Source: a virus | Taxonomy: Duplodnaviria > Caudoviricetes | Length of the DNA: 41,307 nucleotides | Virus record (IMG/VR): IMGVR_UViG_3300010366_000007 | Span: 1 to 41,307 of that record | Direction: 5' to 3' (one strand) | In this document: piece by piece, positions 1-7,704 of the stretch | How positions within the stretch are numbered: the stretch's first letter is position 1 | Layout of the letters: every line of letters starts with the position of its first letter | The notes under the pieces: model-generated | Databases searched by the model: none | What the model saw: the letters and a program-made list of their open reading frames with translations, nothing else | What the model was told of the DNA's origin: nothing | Made by a program: the position numbers and the translations under genes

Positions 1-123
1 GACGACCTCGCGCGGTGCCTGCGGTATTACGAGTTGATCGGTGAGGGTGTTGGATCTGGATGGGTCATGGGCGGCACCGTCGCCACGGCCGCGAGCCAAG
101 CAATCTGGCTGACCGTCCCTTAC
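1..123. repeat. Terminal direct repeat, left copy (123 bp); circular-assembly overlap
   Basis: 1-123 is identical to 41185-41307, and the ORF at 40399 reads in frame through the join. Confidence 0.95.
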
Positions 124-315
124 AAAGCCCGAAAAGCTGTCGCCCCAACGGTCACGAAAAATGGCACGTGGCAAGTCGCGAATTGCGCGCAGCCGACGGT
201 TTGGCAGAGTAGCTCCAACGACACGATTCTGCTGGCGACTAGTTCTGCCGCGGGCGCGGCGAACTTTTATGCCAACGCTGCCGGCCAAAATCTGACTATC
301 GAGGCCAATCCATGA
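1..315 (+). CDS. C-terminal part of tail fibre/receptor-binding protein (starts at 40399 across the circular junction)
   Basis: Frame 1 reads DDLARCLRYYELIGEG...IEANP*, continuing the 40399 ORF; the joined protein is 366 aa. Confidence 0.8.
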   Translation, partial: DDLARCLRYYELIGEGVGSGWVMGGTVATAASQAIWLTVPYKARKAVAPTVTKNGTWQVANCAQPTVWQSSSNDTILLATSSAAGAANFYANAAGQNLTIEANP

Positions 316-674
316 GCGTGTACGTAACTGACTTTTCCATTTCTCCCTGGTCTGTGAACCACGATGATGCTCCCGGTGGCGCGCACGAGGGCACCGTCGA
401 TCCCGCGACCATCGTCCACACCACCAACATGGACGGCACCGAAAACCACGATTTTCTGATTGTCGTCTGCCCCGAGTGTCAGGCCACGAGCACCCACCCA
501 GTGGGCGGCGGCGCGCAGCCAGCGTCGGTGCAGCAGATGTTCGTGACCAAGTGTCAGACCGAGGGCTGCCCGTGCGGTCAGGTGCAGGCGACCGACCAGG
601 ACGCCCTGGGTGAGTCGCACGTCAGACTCCAGGTCAACCGCATGGACGGACCCGGACGCTGGCAATTGGAGTAG
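312..674 (+). CDS. Hypothetical protein with CPEC and CPC motifs, possibly tail-associated or Zn-binding
   Basis: 120 aa ORF with ATGA overlap to the fibre gene and GC3-rich codons. Confidence 0.7.
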   Translation: MSVYVTDFSISPWSVNHDDAPGGAHEGTVDPATIVHTTNMDGTENHDFLIVVCPECQATSTHPVGGGAQPASVQQMFVTKCQTEGCPCGQVQATDQDALGESHVRLQVNRMDGPGRWQLE

Positions 675-678
675 AGAG

Positions 679-891
679 ATGAGCGAACAACCCTTCCAGT
701 TTCAGGTGGTGTACGTCGACCCTGGCGATGGGCTGATCGTGGGCATGGAGCCGAGCGGCGGCGCCGTCGGCAGCGCCCACAAGGTCGCGGTGCTGTTCGA
801 CCAGACCGAGTACGACACGCTGATGCGCACCGATCCCGCGTACCTCTCGAGCGACAAGAATCACGTATTGGGGGCGCCTGACCACTCATGA
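679..891 (+). CDS. Small hypothetical protein (possible fibre assembly factor)
   Basis: ATG at 679 after GGAGTAGAGAG; MSEQPFQFQVVYVD...; ATGA overlap with the next gene. Confidence 0.7.
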   Translation: MSEQPFQFQVVYVDPGDGLIVGMEPSGGAVGSAHKVAVLFDQTEYDTLMRTDPAYLSSDKNHVLGAPDHS

Positions 892-1073
892 CCGACTTCG
901 TGGTGGGCCCCGGCGTGGCCCAGGCGATCTCTGACAACAACGACGAGGCGCGCTCGGACGAGCGCTACATCATCATGGACGAGGGCAACCGCGTCAGTCT
1001 GACCTTTGCCCGCGACGCCGAGTACGTCTGGTACGAAAGGGACAATGCCGTAAAACGGTGCCCCTTTCGGTGA
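888..1073 (+). CDS. 61-aa protein; probable N-terminal module of a frameshifted endolysin
   Basis: Ends TGC CCC TTT CGG TGA; the +1 frame is open from 1054 into the peptidase ORF. Confidence 0.7.
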   Translation: MTDFVVGPGVAQAISDNNDEARSDERYIIMDEGNRVSLTFARDAEYVWYERDNAVKRCPFR

Positions 1074-1557
1074 TGACGAGGCACCCGCAGGCCCGCCACT
1101 CTACGATCCGTGGACGAGCATGCCTGGCCAACTGTACGACTGGACGTGCTCGGCGTGCAGTCTGGAGTGGGTCAAGCGCGCTACCGGGCTGATCACCGCG
1201 AGCGACATCTACACCAGCCGTGAGTCGACGGTGTACGAGATCGGCTACCCGCAGAACATCAACCCGCAGTACGGACTGATGAACGCCGACGGGTCAGCGC
1301 TGCGCGCGGTCTTGCAGACGTACGGCGTCAGTACTGACCAGGGCTGGCTGGACTTCGACACGACCTACGCGCTGGCCCAGGACGGCACGGGCATGATGTC
1401 GGGCGCCGCCTGGTACCACTGGGTGTCGATCAGGGGGGTGCAGGGCAACACCTTGTGGGTGGCCAATAGCGCGCCGGGTTACAAGGGCATCTGGGACAAC
1501 GTCAGTCGTGATGACTTCGCCCGACTCGGCGGCTTCTCCGTCGTCTGGCTCGTCTGA
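1069..1557 (+). CDS. Papain-fold C39-like cysteine peptidase, putative endolysin catalytic domain (ATG at 1120, or reached by +1 frameshift)
   Basis: Q-x5-C (QLYDWTCSACS), WYHWVSIRG His, VANSAPG; lies between tail genes and a holin-like gene. Confidence 0.7.
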   Translation, partial: GDDEAPAGPPLYDPWTSMPGQLYDWTCSACSLEWVKRATGLITASDIYTSRESTVYEIGYPQNINPQYGLMNADGSALRAVLQTYGVSTDQGWLDFDTTYALAQDGTGMMSGAAWYHWVSIRGVQGNTLWVANSAPGYKGIWDNVSRDDFARLGGFSVVWLV

Positions 1558-1573
1558 CGAGCGGGACAGCAGC

Positions 1574-1750
1574 ATGACGGTGAACGTCACGCTCAGTGTC
1601 GGCTATAGCCGCAAGCGCCCGTCCACCACGGATCGTCTGGAGCAACGCATGGACGCGGCGGGGCTGTTCCTAGCTGGCGCAGCGGTGGTGGTCATCATCC
1701 TAGTCTGGCTCTTGCCCAAAGTGTTCGCCTGGGTCGCGAGCGTCATCTAG
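1574..1750 (+). CDS. Small membrane protein, possible holin
   Basis: Hydrophobic stretch AAGLFLAGAAVVVIILVWLLP; directly follows the lysin. Confidence 0.45.
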   Translation: MTVNVTLSVGYSRKRPSTTDRLEQRMDAAGLFLAGAAVVVIILVWLLPKVFAWVASVI

Positions 1751-1785
1751 GAGGAGCGCTTGTCCAACCTAGTAGTTCTTATTTG

Positions 1786-1947
1786 CTACCAAGATGACGG
1801 AAGCGGCTCGCGCCAGTCGCAGCGTTCACAGTAAGCCTCGTCCAGGTTGATCTTTATGAGATGGCCGAACGCCGGCCAGAGCCATTCCAGCCAGCCCAAG
1901 CCGCGCACTTTTACGATCCGGCAGCGCCAGTACTTTGGCAGATCCAT
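1786..1947 (-). CDS. 53-aa hypothetical protein with CERC motif (not in ORF track)
   Basis: MDLPKYWRCRIVKVRGLGWLEWLWPAFGHLIKINLDEAYCERCDWREPLPSSW*; TAATG coupling to the upstream gene. Confidence 0.6.
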   Translation of the reverse strand: MDLPKYWRCRIVKVRGLGWLEWLWPAFGHLIKINLDEAYCERCDWREPLPSSW

Positions 1948-2462
1948 TAGTTCTTATCTTTATCAAATGGCTCATAGGCATCCCAGAGCCGTTTGTACTC
2001 AGGCGAGCAGAGGATCGGGTCAATAGTGCCCATCACGTCTCCCACAGCCGCGACGAGTTCGGCGTGTGCCGCCCGCAGCCGCTCGTTCTCGGTGCGGAGG
2101 TCGGTGTTCTCCTGAGCAATCGGAGCTAGCTTCTTTGGGAACTCCAGCACCAGCCGCTCAACCTCGCGGTTCTGGATGGCGCGCTGTTCGGTGTTCCAGG
2201 CGACAGACTCGCGCAGCGCCTCGATCTCGACCCACAGATCGGCGACCTTCTTCTGCCACTGGTCGCACTCGGCTAGGAGTTCGTCGCGCTCAGCCTGATA
2301 CCTTTCGGCTGAGGCGTAGATCGTCCGTCCGTACTCTTGGGCTAGATCGCGTTCAGCCGTCAGCCGTTCAACCTCGGCGCGGAGTTCTGCAATAGCCTTG
2401 TCAGCCAACCGGAGTTGAAAGTCGGCAATCTGGCCGTACGTTAGTTCAGGTTTGTCAGACAT
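1947..2462 (-). CDS. Coiled-coil hypothetical protein
   Basis: 171 aa with repeated LRAEVERL / LRTENERL heptads. Confidence 0.7.
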   Translation of the reverse strand: MSDKPELTYGQIADFQLRLADKAIAELRAEVERLTAERDLAQEYGRTIYASAERYQAERDELLAECDQWQKKVADLWVEIEALRESVAWNTEQRAIQNREVERLVLEFPKKLAPIAQENTDLRTENERLRAAHAELVAAVGDVMGTIDPILCSPEYKRLWDAYEPFDKDKN

Positions 2463-2480
2463 AACGGCACATGTATCTAC

Positions 2481-2723
2481 CTAGTGGTGGATCGTGTTCC
2501 AGAGCAGCGTCACCAGGATGCCGTAGATCGGGATCGTGGTGCTGAAGATGAACACCCAGACGACCCAACTGGTCGGGATGTGATCGAGCTTGGCCTTGAT
2601 GGTGGCCAGGTCAGCTTGCAGCGTGGCGATGTCGGCCTTGGTCGCCATGCGTTCCTCGACGTGGGCCAGTCGGTCCTCGATGCCACGTAGTCGCATCTCT
2701 GTGGGTAGGTCAAAGGTAGCCAT
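2481..2723 (-). CDS. Coiled-coil plus C-terminal transmembrane protein
   Basis: MATKADIATLQADLATIKAKL coiled coil followed by hydrophobic WVVWVFIFSTTIPIYGILVTLLW. Confidence 0.7.
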   Translation of the reverse strand: MATFDLPTEMRLRGIEDRLAHVEERMATKADIATLQADLATIKAKLDHIPTSWVVWVFIFSTTIPIYGILVTLLWNTIHH

Positions 2724-2729
2724 TGCGGG

Positions 2730-2939
2730 TGTCGCTTACAGTAACCTGTGTTGCTTAGCTTTGTCGCTTACAGCAGCATAACAGGGACCATGGCTGACCC
2801 TGGCCGAGCCTCTGGGCAAACTTAGGGAGCCCCCTTGAGAAGGCCCGTCTTCTTCCCCTCGGGCAGAAGGGGATAGGCGTTTTCCAATTTCGAATCGGCG
2901 TGAGTTAAGCAACATTCTGGTCTGAATTGTCGCTTACAG
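2730..2939. other. Putative attP with arm-type integrase binding repeats (TGTYGCTTA)
   Basis: TGTCGCTTACAG at 2730, 2762 and 2928; TGTTGCTTA at 2749; inverted TAAGCAACA at 2906; sites flank a ~130-bp non-coding centre. Confidence 0.55.
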
Positions 2940-3114
2940 GGGACCTCCACCGACGCTCTGGGACCACGTACCACGGATGGCAGGGACAACCGCACTCCGT
3001 GACGTAGCCCTCGAAGCTGTAGCGGGTGCCCGCGCAGCGGTAATGCCTGTCGCACATGCAGTTGCTGCTGGCGGGCTCACCGTGCCAGATCTGCTTGCGC
3101 TTCGGGTGTGTCAT
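2905..3114 (-). CDS. Small Cys/His-rich hypothetical protein
   Basis: MTHPKRKQ...CMCDRH..C...CGCPCH; ATGA coupled. Confidence 0.6.
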   Translation of the reverse strand: MTHPKRKQIWHGEPASSNCMCDRHYRCAGTRYSFEGYVTECGCPCHPWYVVPERRWRSPVSDNSDQNVA

Positions 3115-3209
3115 CCGTGCAGGCACCCGGTGCGCTGGGCGATAGCCACGACCAGGGCCACGCCCAGAACGGCCAGCAGCACAAGCTCCGCCCAATCGGT
3201 GAAGGTCAT
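3111..3209 (-). CDS. 32-aa membrane peptide
   Basis: MTFTDWAELVLLAVLGVALVVAIAQRTGCLHG*; ATGA overlaps on both sides. Confidence 0.5.
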   Translation of the reverse strand: MTFTDWAELVLLAVLGVALVVAIAQRTGCLHG

Positions 3210-3556
3210 GGGGCTTTGCTCATGAGGCCCAGGACCCAGGCTGCCAGGCCCCAGGTCCAGAACACCACGATGGCGCCCGTGCAGGTTACAACTGCCCCGA
3301 CCCCGAGTAGCGTGATTCCTGTCAGCAGGGTGATGTAAGTCAGCGGCCCGTTCGCGCCATCAGGACTACGCAGGCCAGCTTCAGCGTGGTACCAGGCGAC
3401 CAGCACGGCCAGGGCGATCAAGGCGCCCAGCTTCCAGCACCATGCAACGCGGGTCTCGATGGGGGCAGGTCGCCCCCGGCGCGCCTTTGGTCCGCCGAGG
3501 CGGGTGGTGGCGCCCAGGCCACGGGTGGGTCTCCACCACGCACCGTACCACGTCAT
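3206..3556 (-). CDS. Membrane protein (2-3 TM)
   Basis: Start ATG at 3556 (MTWYGAWW...), hydrophobic segments, ATGA coupling. Confidence 0.6.
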   Translation of the reverse strand: MTWYGAWWRPTRGLGATTRLGGPKARRGRPAPIETRVAWCWKLGALIALAVLVAWYHAEAGLRSPDGANGPLTYITLLTGITLLGVGAVVTCTGAIVVFWTWGLAAWVLGLMSKAP

Positions 3557-3717
3557 CGGCGCCGCTCGTAGACCAGCCTCGCGATACTGACCCCACCGAT
3601 GAACCCCGCGCACACGCCGGCGACCACGGCGGTGGTGTACTGCCCGTAGCTGTAGCTGAACGCGGTAGTCACCAGCAGCATGGCCGTGGCGAACCATTCC
3701 ACCCAGCTGCCCGTCAT
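3553..3717 (-). CDS. 54-aa membrane protein
   Basis: MTGSWVEWFATAMLLVTTAFSYSYGQYTTAVVAGVCAGFIGGVSIARLVYERRR*; ATGA coupling both sides. Confidence 0.6.
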   Translation of the reverse strand: MTGSWVEWFATAMLLVTTAFSYSYGQYTTAVVAGVCAGFIGGVSIARLVYERRR

Positions 3718-4124
3718 AGTGGGTCTTTCCCCCAGTGGTTGTTCTTGGCCTTCTGCCGATAGCGCGTTTCGCTGAAGCTGGCGCGGGGCGTGTAGCCCAG
3801 AAATTGCCAGGTGAAGGAATCACAGAGGCTGGTGGGCGTTGTCAGGTAGCCCAGTATGGGATCGTTGACGAGACCGTGTACCTGTCTTTCGACAGGCTCA
3901 CCGAAATAGCTATTGTGGGTGGTTCGGTCCTGGACGATGGCCCACACCGCGACAGGCTCGCACCAGATGCGGCCATCCTCGGTGTCGATGAACACCGCGC
4001 CCCACGGCTCACCCGGTGTTGTCATCTGGACGATGCTCTCGGACTCCGTAGGGTGTTCATGCTTGCGCCGCTCGGCAGCAGCAGTAGCGGCCAGGTAATC
4101 AGCGATCTCGTCTGAAGCGCTCAT
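3714..4124 (-). CDS. Hypothetical protein
   Basis: MSASDEIADYL...; ATGA coupled to the upstream gene. Confidence 0.65.
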   Translation of the reverse strand: MSASDEIADYLAATAAAERRKHEHPTESESIVQMTTPGEPWGAVFIDTEDGRIWCEPVAVWAIVQDRTTHNSYFGEPVERQVHGLVNDPILGYLTTPTSLCDSFTWQFLGYTPRASFSETRYRQKAKNNHWGKDPL

Positions 4125-4438
4125 GGGTTCAGGTCCTCGACTGGCTTGTGTGTCCTGAACTGCCGGTGGATCAGGTCCACGCCGTAGTCGAGGCGCTTCT
4201 TGGGGATATTCGGGTACTTGCGCTGCATGGCGTCCACGGCGCGGCGCTTGAGGGCCCGCCAGTCCCTGGCCTGGACCAGGGCGTGGCACATGGCGCAGCT
4301 GGCCCAGTCGCCCCTGGAGCGACCCACAACGGTGCCGTCCAGCAGGGTGGCCTGGAAGCTCTCGCAGTTCTCCAGGAAGCGCGGCTCCACGTCGCTGCAA
4401 AAATCGCAGCAAGGAAACGGGCTTACTCGGACTTCCAT
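4121..4438 (-). CDS. Zn-finger-like hypothetical protein (CDFC ... CAMC)
   Basis: GGAGG SD before ATG at 4438; two CxxC pairs. Confidence 0.7.
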   Translation of the reverse strand: MEVRVSPFPCCDFCSDVEPRFLENCESFQATLLDGTVVGRSRGDWASCAMCHALVQARDWRALKRRAVDAMQRKYPNIPKKRLDYGVDLIHRQFRTHKPVEDLNP

Positions 4439-4815
4439 CGTGTCCTCCACAATGCACTGGTCCGATCCCCGCCAACCCCTACGCCGCGCTTGAGGTTCTG
4501 GCTGCGTGTCGCGGGCAGCAAATGCTCGGGACGAACGCACGCGCGGTTCCGACACAAATGGTCCAGGTCGATCTCTCGCGGGAGCGGAAAGAAGAACACT
4601 TCTTCCCAAAGCCAGCGGTGCGCTAGCAGGTCGCGCCGGTGATACTTGCCTCCATCCGTGTAGTGCCCGTAGCCGTTGGAATAAAGGGCGGCCGTCCAGT
4701 TCCAGCACCCGGTCTGCATGTCGCACACGACTTTGGACATGAAACGTTCGGGGGCTTCGCAGACCTCGTACGGCACGTCACAAACTGGATACTCAGCGAC
4801 GCGAACCTCAGGCAC
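4423..4815 (-). CDS. HNH homing endonuclease
   Basis: GCWNWT..GYG..AHR..DHLCRNRACVRPEHL..T.SQN HNH signature; likely GTG start at 4815. Confidence 0.85.
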   Translation of the reverse strand: MPEVRVAEYPVCDVPYEVCEAPERFMSKVVCDMQTGCWNWTAALYSNGYGHYTDGGKYHRRDLLAHRWLWEEVFFFPLPREIDLDHLCRNRACVRPEHLLPATRSQNLKRGVGVGGDRTSALWRTRWKSE

Positions 4816-5143
4816 TGGCTCGCCTCCTGGGTCGCCCCACCGGGCCCTTGACCACCGACACCCCCTGGCTGCGGATGTCCACCAGCTGGCAGTAGATCTT
4901 GATGGAGCCATCGGGCTCGTCTACGGCGGTGAAGCTGCGGCTGTAGCCAGCCTTCCTGAGCCGTTCGGCCATGCCGTTGCGCATGCGCTTGAATTCCTGC
5001 TGGTTGCTGGCCTTGATGACCAGCACCTTGCCCTGCTGGTGGGCTTCCATGACCTGGTCGGCCAGCCGCGTCCAGACACCCTGCGCGGCGTGGACCATCC
5101 CGTGCGGGATCTCGCTGGGGTCGACGCTTCCAACAACTTCCAT
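4808..5143 (-). CDS. Hypothetical DNA-binding protein with C-terminal AT-hook-like GRPRRR
   Basis: AAGGAGG SD, TGATG coupling, basic C-terminal tail. Confidence 0.7.
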   Translation of the reverse strand: MEVVGSVDPSEIPHGMVHAAQGVWTRLADQVMEAHQQGKVLVIKASNQQEFKRMRNGMAERLRKAGYSRSFTAVDEPDGSIKIYCQLVDIRSQGVSVVKGPVGRPRRRASA

Positions 5144-6135
5144 CAGGCCTCCTTGCCCAGGTGCTGCGGCGCGCGGTCGGAGTTGGTCGAGTAGCCGCTG
5201 CGCACACCCATGCGGTAGCCGCCTGCCAGCTGGGCGATGTTGGGCGCCCAGGCCGGCAGCAGTTCCTTCACCCGCTTGCCCCTGCGCCGCCAGGTGTCGT
5301 TGATCAGGTCAGCGATGGCCATGCCGTAGGTGTTGCTTCTCTTGCCCACGTCTGAGCGGCCCCAGATCGACGCCGCGCGGTCATGCCAGACGTTGAGACC
5401 AGCTGCCCCGAGCAGCTGCACCACCTCGGTCTCATCCACCAGCGCCGCGTAGCGTTGCCAGAAGCTGAACACACCCTCCAGCTGCATCTCGCCCAGGCTC
5501 TCGCGGTTGCCGCTGAAGGATCCCCAGAGCACCTTGAGCGTCCAGTCCAGCCCGTCAGGACCACCGCGCAGGTAGATCGAGTCCAGCCGCGCGATGGCCT
5601 GGATGCGACCGTCCTGGTAGCTGATGGCATTCACCTCCAGGCTGTTGTCGGTAGCGATCCTGACGATGGCGTTGGCCGCGTCATCGCCGGCGACCAGGCG
5701 CGACTGGAAGCGCGTCCAGGGCGTCTGCCCCAGGACCGTCCCCAGCTTGGTGTACAGGTCGGCCTCGCGTGCCCGGTCCATGCCGCTGAAGATCATTGCC
5801 GGCAGGGTGACGATGCCCTTGTCGAAGGCCACGTTGCGGCGGTGGTTGCCGTCGATGACGTACAGGTCGCCAGTGTCCCGCCTGGAGATGATCAGCGGCG
5901 AGCAGGCCATCGAGTCCCAGTCCCGCCGCAGGATCTTGAGGCGGTTGTCGTTCAAAGGTCTGGCGTACCCACTTCCGTTTGGGGGTGCGTAGTCCACCAG
6001 CAGCTGGGTGACGTTGACCCGCTTCAATTCGTAGCTGGGCATCCGCAGCGGCACTTGCCGCAGGATCTCCAGCGCTTCCTCCTCGGAGCCCTCGGGCGGT
6101 AGCTCCTCTTCCATACTCACCTGGCGTATGGCCAT
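5143..6135 (-). CDS. ParB/Srx-like N-terminal domain protein (DUF6551-like)
   Basis: YARPL...PLIISRR..GDLYVIDGNHR motif; strong SD AGGGAGG. Confidence 0.75.
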   Translation of the reverse strand: MAIRQVSMEEELPPEGSEEEALEILRQVPLRMPSYELKRVNVTQLLVDYAPPNGSGYARPLNDNRLKILRRDWDSMACSPLIISRRDTGDLYVIDGNHRRNVAFDKGIVTLPAMIFSGMDRAREADLYTKLGTVLGQTPWTRFQSRLVAGDDAANAIVRIATDNSLEVNAISYQDGRIQAIARLDSIYLRGGPDGLDWTLKVLWGSFSGNRESLGEMQLEGVFSFWQRYAALVDETEVVQLLGAAGLNVWHDRAASIWGRSDVGKRSNTYGMAIADLINDTWRRRGKRVKELLPAWAPNIAQLAGGYRMGVRSGYSTNSDRAPQHLGKEA

Positions 6136-6230
6136 CGTGTTCCTCCCTGAACACGCGAACGCGCCCTGGCTGAGAGCACAGGGCGCCTGAGGGTGGGGGC
6201 CAGCCGGCCCCCGTCGATGCTGAGGGAGGA
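6136..6230 (-). promoter_or_regulatory. Structured intergenic leader between int and the ParB-like gene, able to sequester the SD
   Basis: 6141-6148 complementary to 6223-6230; internal stems GCGCCCTG/CAGGGCGC and GGGGGCC/GGCCCCC; alternative stem CGTGTTC/GAACACG. Confidence 0.5.
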
Positions 6231-6234
6231 GAGA

Positions 6235-7578
6235 CTACCCAGAGGCAGCTTCACCCAGGGCCGTCCCCAGCAGGGCATCCACCGCATCGTCCACGCGGCT
6301 GTACAGGCGCGTCTCGTGGGCGCCAGTGATGTGCCCGTAGACGCTCTCGGTCACGTTGGTGCTGGAATGCCGCAGCACCTTGCTGACCTCCCAGAGGCTC
6401 ATGCCGGCCTCGATGCCCAGCGTGGCGTAGTCGTGGCGCAGCATGTGGAGGGTCTTGTCGGGCTGGCCCGCGCGGGCGGCGACCGACTTCCACCAGCGGT
6501 AGATCTCGTTGGGATCCATCGGCCCACCCGTGCGGGTCGGGAAGAGCCACGCCCAGGGCGACGTCGGCTCGGCGCCGGTCCACGTCCGCTGGTTGACCAG
6601 GGCGAAGGCAGCGGTGCGGGCCTTGTGCTCCTCCAGGAGCATCGCCCAGCGCTCCGGGTTCGAGAGCGGAATGGGCTTCTCCACGGAGTCATCCTGCATC
6701 TTGGAGCCCGAGCGCACCAGCACTCCCTGGCCCTTCAGTCGATTGGAGCGTCGGCGGATGTACAGCACGCCCTTGGCCAGATCGAAGTCTCCGAAGCGAA
6801 GCGCGGCGATCTCCTGGCGGCGCAGGCCCAGGCGGATGCCCAGGTGCATCACCAGTTCCAGCCGCTCGCCCTGGACGGCCGCGTACAGCGCCTGCACGCC
6901 CTCAGGCGTGGGCGCCTCCTTCTTCTCGGCGGTGGGCTTGCGCACGCGGTCGTCGTCCCCGAAGACGGTCACCGGGTTCATGCGCAGGGCGGTCACGTCG
7001 CGGCGCTTGATGGCGCGGGTGATGGCCCCGTTGAGCACCACGTAGGCCTTGTAGCGGCTGGGCATCCCGACGCCCGCGCGGGTCATGGCTTCCCACCAGA
7101 TCTCTACGTCGCCCACGGTCAGCTTGTCCAGGCGCTTGCCAGCGATGGCGCGCGAGAAGATGTGCCGGTCGCAGACCCAGCGGTAGTTCTCGTGGGTGGT
7201 AGGTTGCTTGCCGCCCTCACGCTCGCCCGCCGCGTTGTAGGTGGGCTTCACCTCGTGCTCGAGCCAGTACTCGATCCACTCGCCCACGGTCGGGTTGCTG
7301 GGCAGGGCGGCCAGCTGCTCGGCCACGCCTTCGGTGATGCGCCCCGAGGCCACGTCGCGCTTCCACTCTTCGAGCTTGTCCAGGGCTTCCTTCTGGGTCT
7401 TGCCGTAGACGGTCTTGGGGCTCTGACCAGGGCGCGGCCAGGTTGCGATGTACAGCTGGCGCTTGGCGTCGAAGCGGACCCCGCCCGTGCCCCGCTCGCG
7501 GCGGGGCTTCTTGGCGGAAGCCTGATCCAGAATCTCGGCGGCGACGATCTCGACTGAGCTAGTCTTGCGATTGGACAT
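6235..7578 (-). CDS. int: Tyrosine integrase
   Basis: N-terminal arm-binding domain (RRERGTGGV...VYGKTQKEA), SAM-like domain, catalytic GLRRQE, HMLRH, LRHSS, VYGH. Confidence 0.95.
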   Translation of the reverse strand: MSNRKTSSVEIVAAEILDQASAKKPRRERGTGGVRFDAKRQLYIATWPRPGQSPKTVYGKTQKEALDKLEEWKRDVASGRITEGVAEQLAALPSNPTVGEWIEYWLEHEVKPTYNAAGEREGGKQPTTHENYRWVCDRHIFSRAIAGKRLDKLTVGDVEIWWEAMTRAGVGMPSRYKAYVVLNGAITRAIKRRDVTALRMNPVTVFGDDDRVRKPTAEKKEAPTPEGVQALYAAVQGERLELVMHLGIRLGLRRQEIAALRFGDFDLAKGVLYIRRRSNRLKGQGVLVRSGSKMQDDSVEKPIPLSNPERWAMLLEEHKARTAAFALVNQRTWTGAEPTSPWAWLFPTRTGGPMDPNEIYRWWKSVAARAGQPDKTLHMLRHDYATLGIEAGMSLWEVSKVLRHSSTNVTESVYGHITGAHETRLYSRVDDAVDALLGTALGEAASG

Positions 7579-7605
7579 TCCGAAACCTCATCTTTCGGGT
7601 GTTCT

Positions 7606-7644
7606 GGCGTCCCGCGAGGTTCCAGTCTCGTGGGCGCCTTTTTT
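7606..7644 (+). terminator. Intrinsic terminator-like hairpin plus T6, antisense to int
   Basis: GGCGTCCCGCGAG...CTCGTGGGCGCC followed by TTTTTT. Confidence 0.55.
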
Positions 7645-7675
7645 GGTTGTACCGCGCAGGTGTGGCGGGGACAAG

Positions 7676-7704
7676 ACTGTAGCCAGCCTTACAGGCATGT
7701 GCAA
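7676..7704 (-). promoter_or_regulatory. Sigma70-type promoter for int
   Basis: Minus strand TTGCAC-17 bp-TACAGT. Confidence 0.55.

Noticed and set aside
1-123. Terminal repeat as a biological DTR
   Set aside because: It falls mid-gene and is in the size range of an assembler overlap; best read as evidence of circularity
1826-2023. ORF-track 65-aa minus ORF
   Set aside because: The alternative frame 1786-1947 is translationally coupled and more protein-like
2860-2905. TTCGAATC as a tRNA T-loop (tRNA gene or tRNA attP core)
   Set aside because: No T-stem or cloverleaf could be built around it
2730-2939. TGTCGCTTACAG repeats as a mini-CRISPR array
   Set aside because: Repeats are only 9-12 bp, irregularly spaced and in mixed orientation; no cas genes
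6193-7557. Long antisense ORFs (also 18347-19570, 20462-21838, 22324-24246, 24514-25902, 39125-40384)
   Set aside because: Shadow ORFs expected opposite GC3-rich genes; no motifs or SDs
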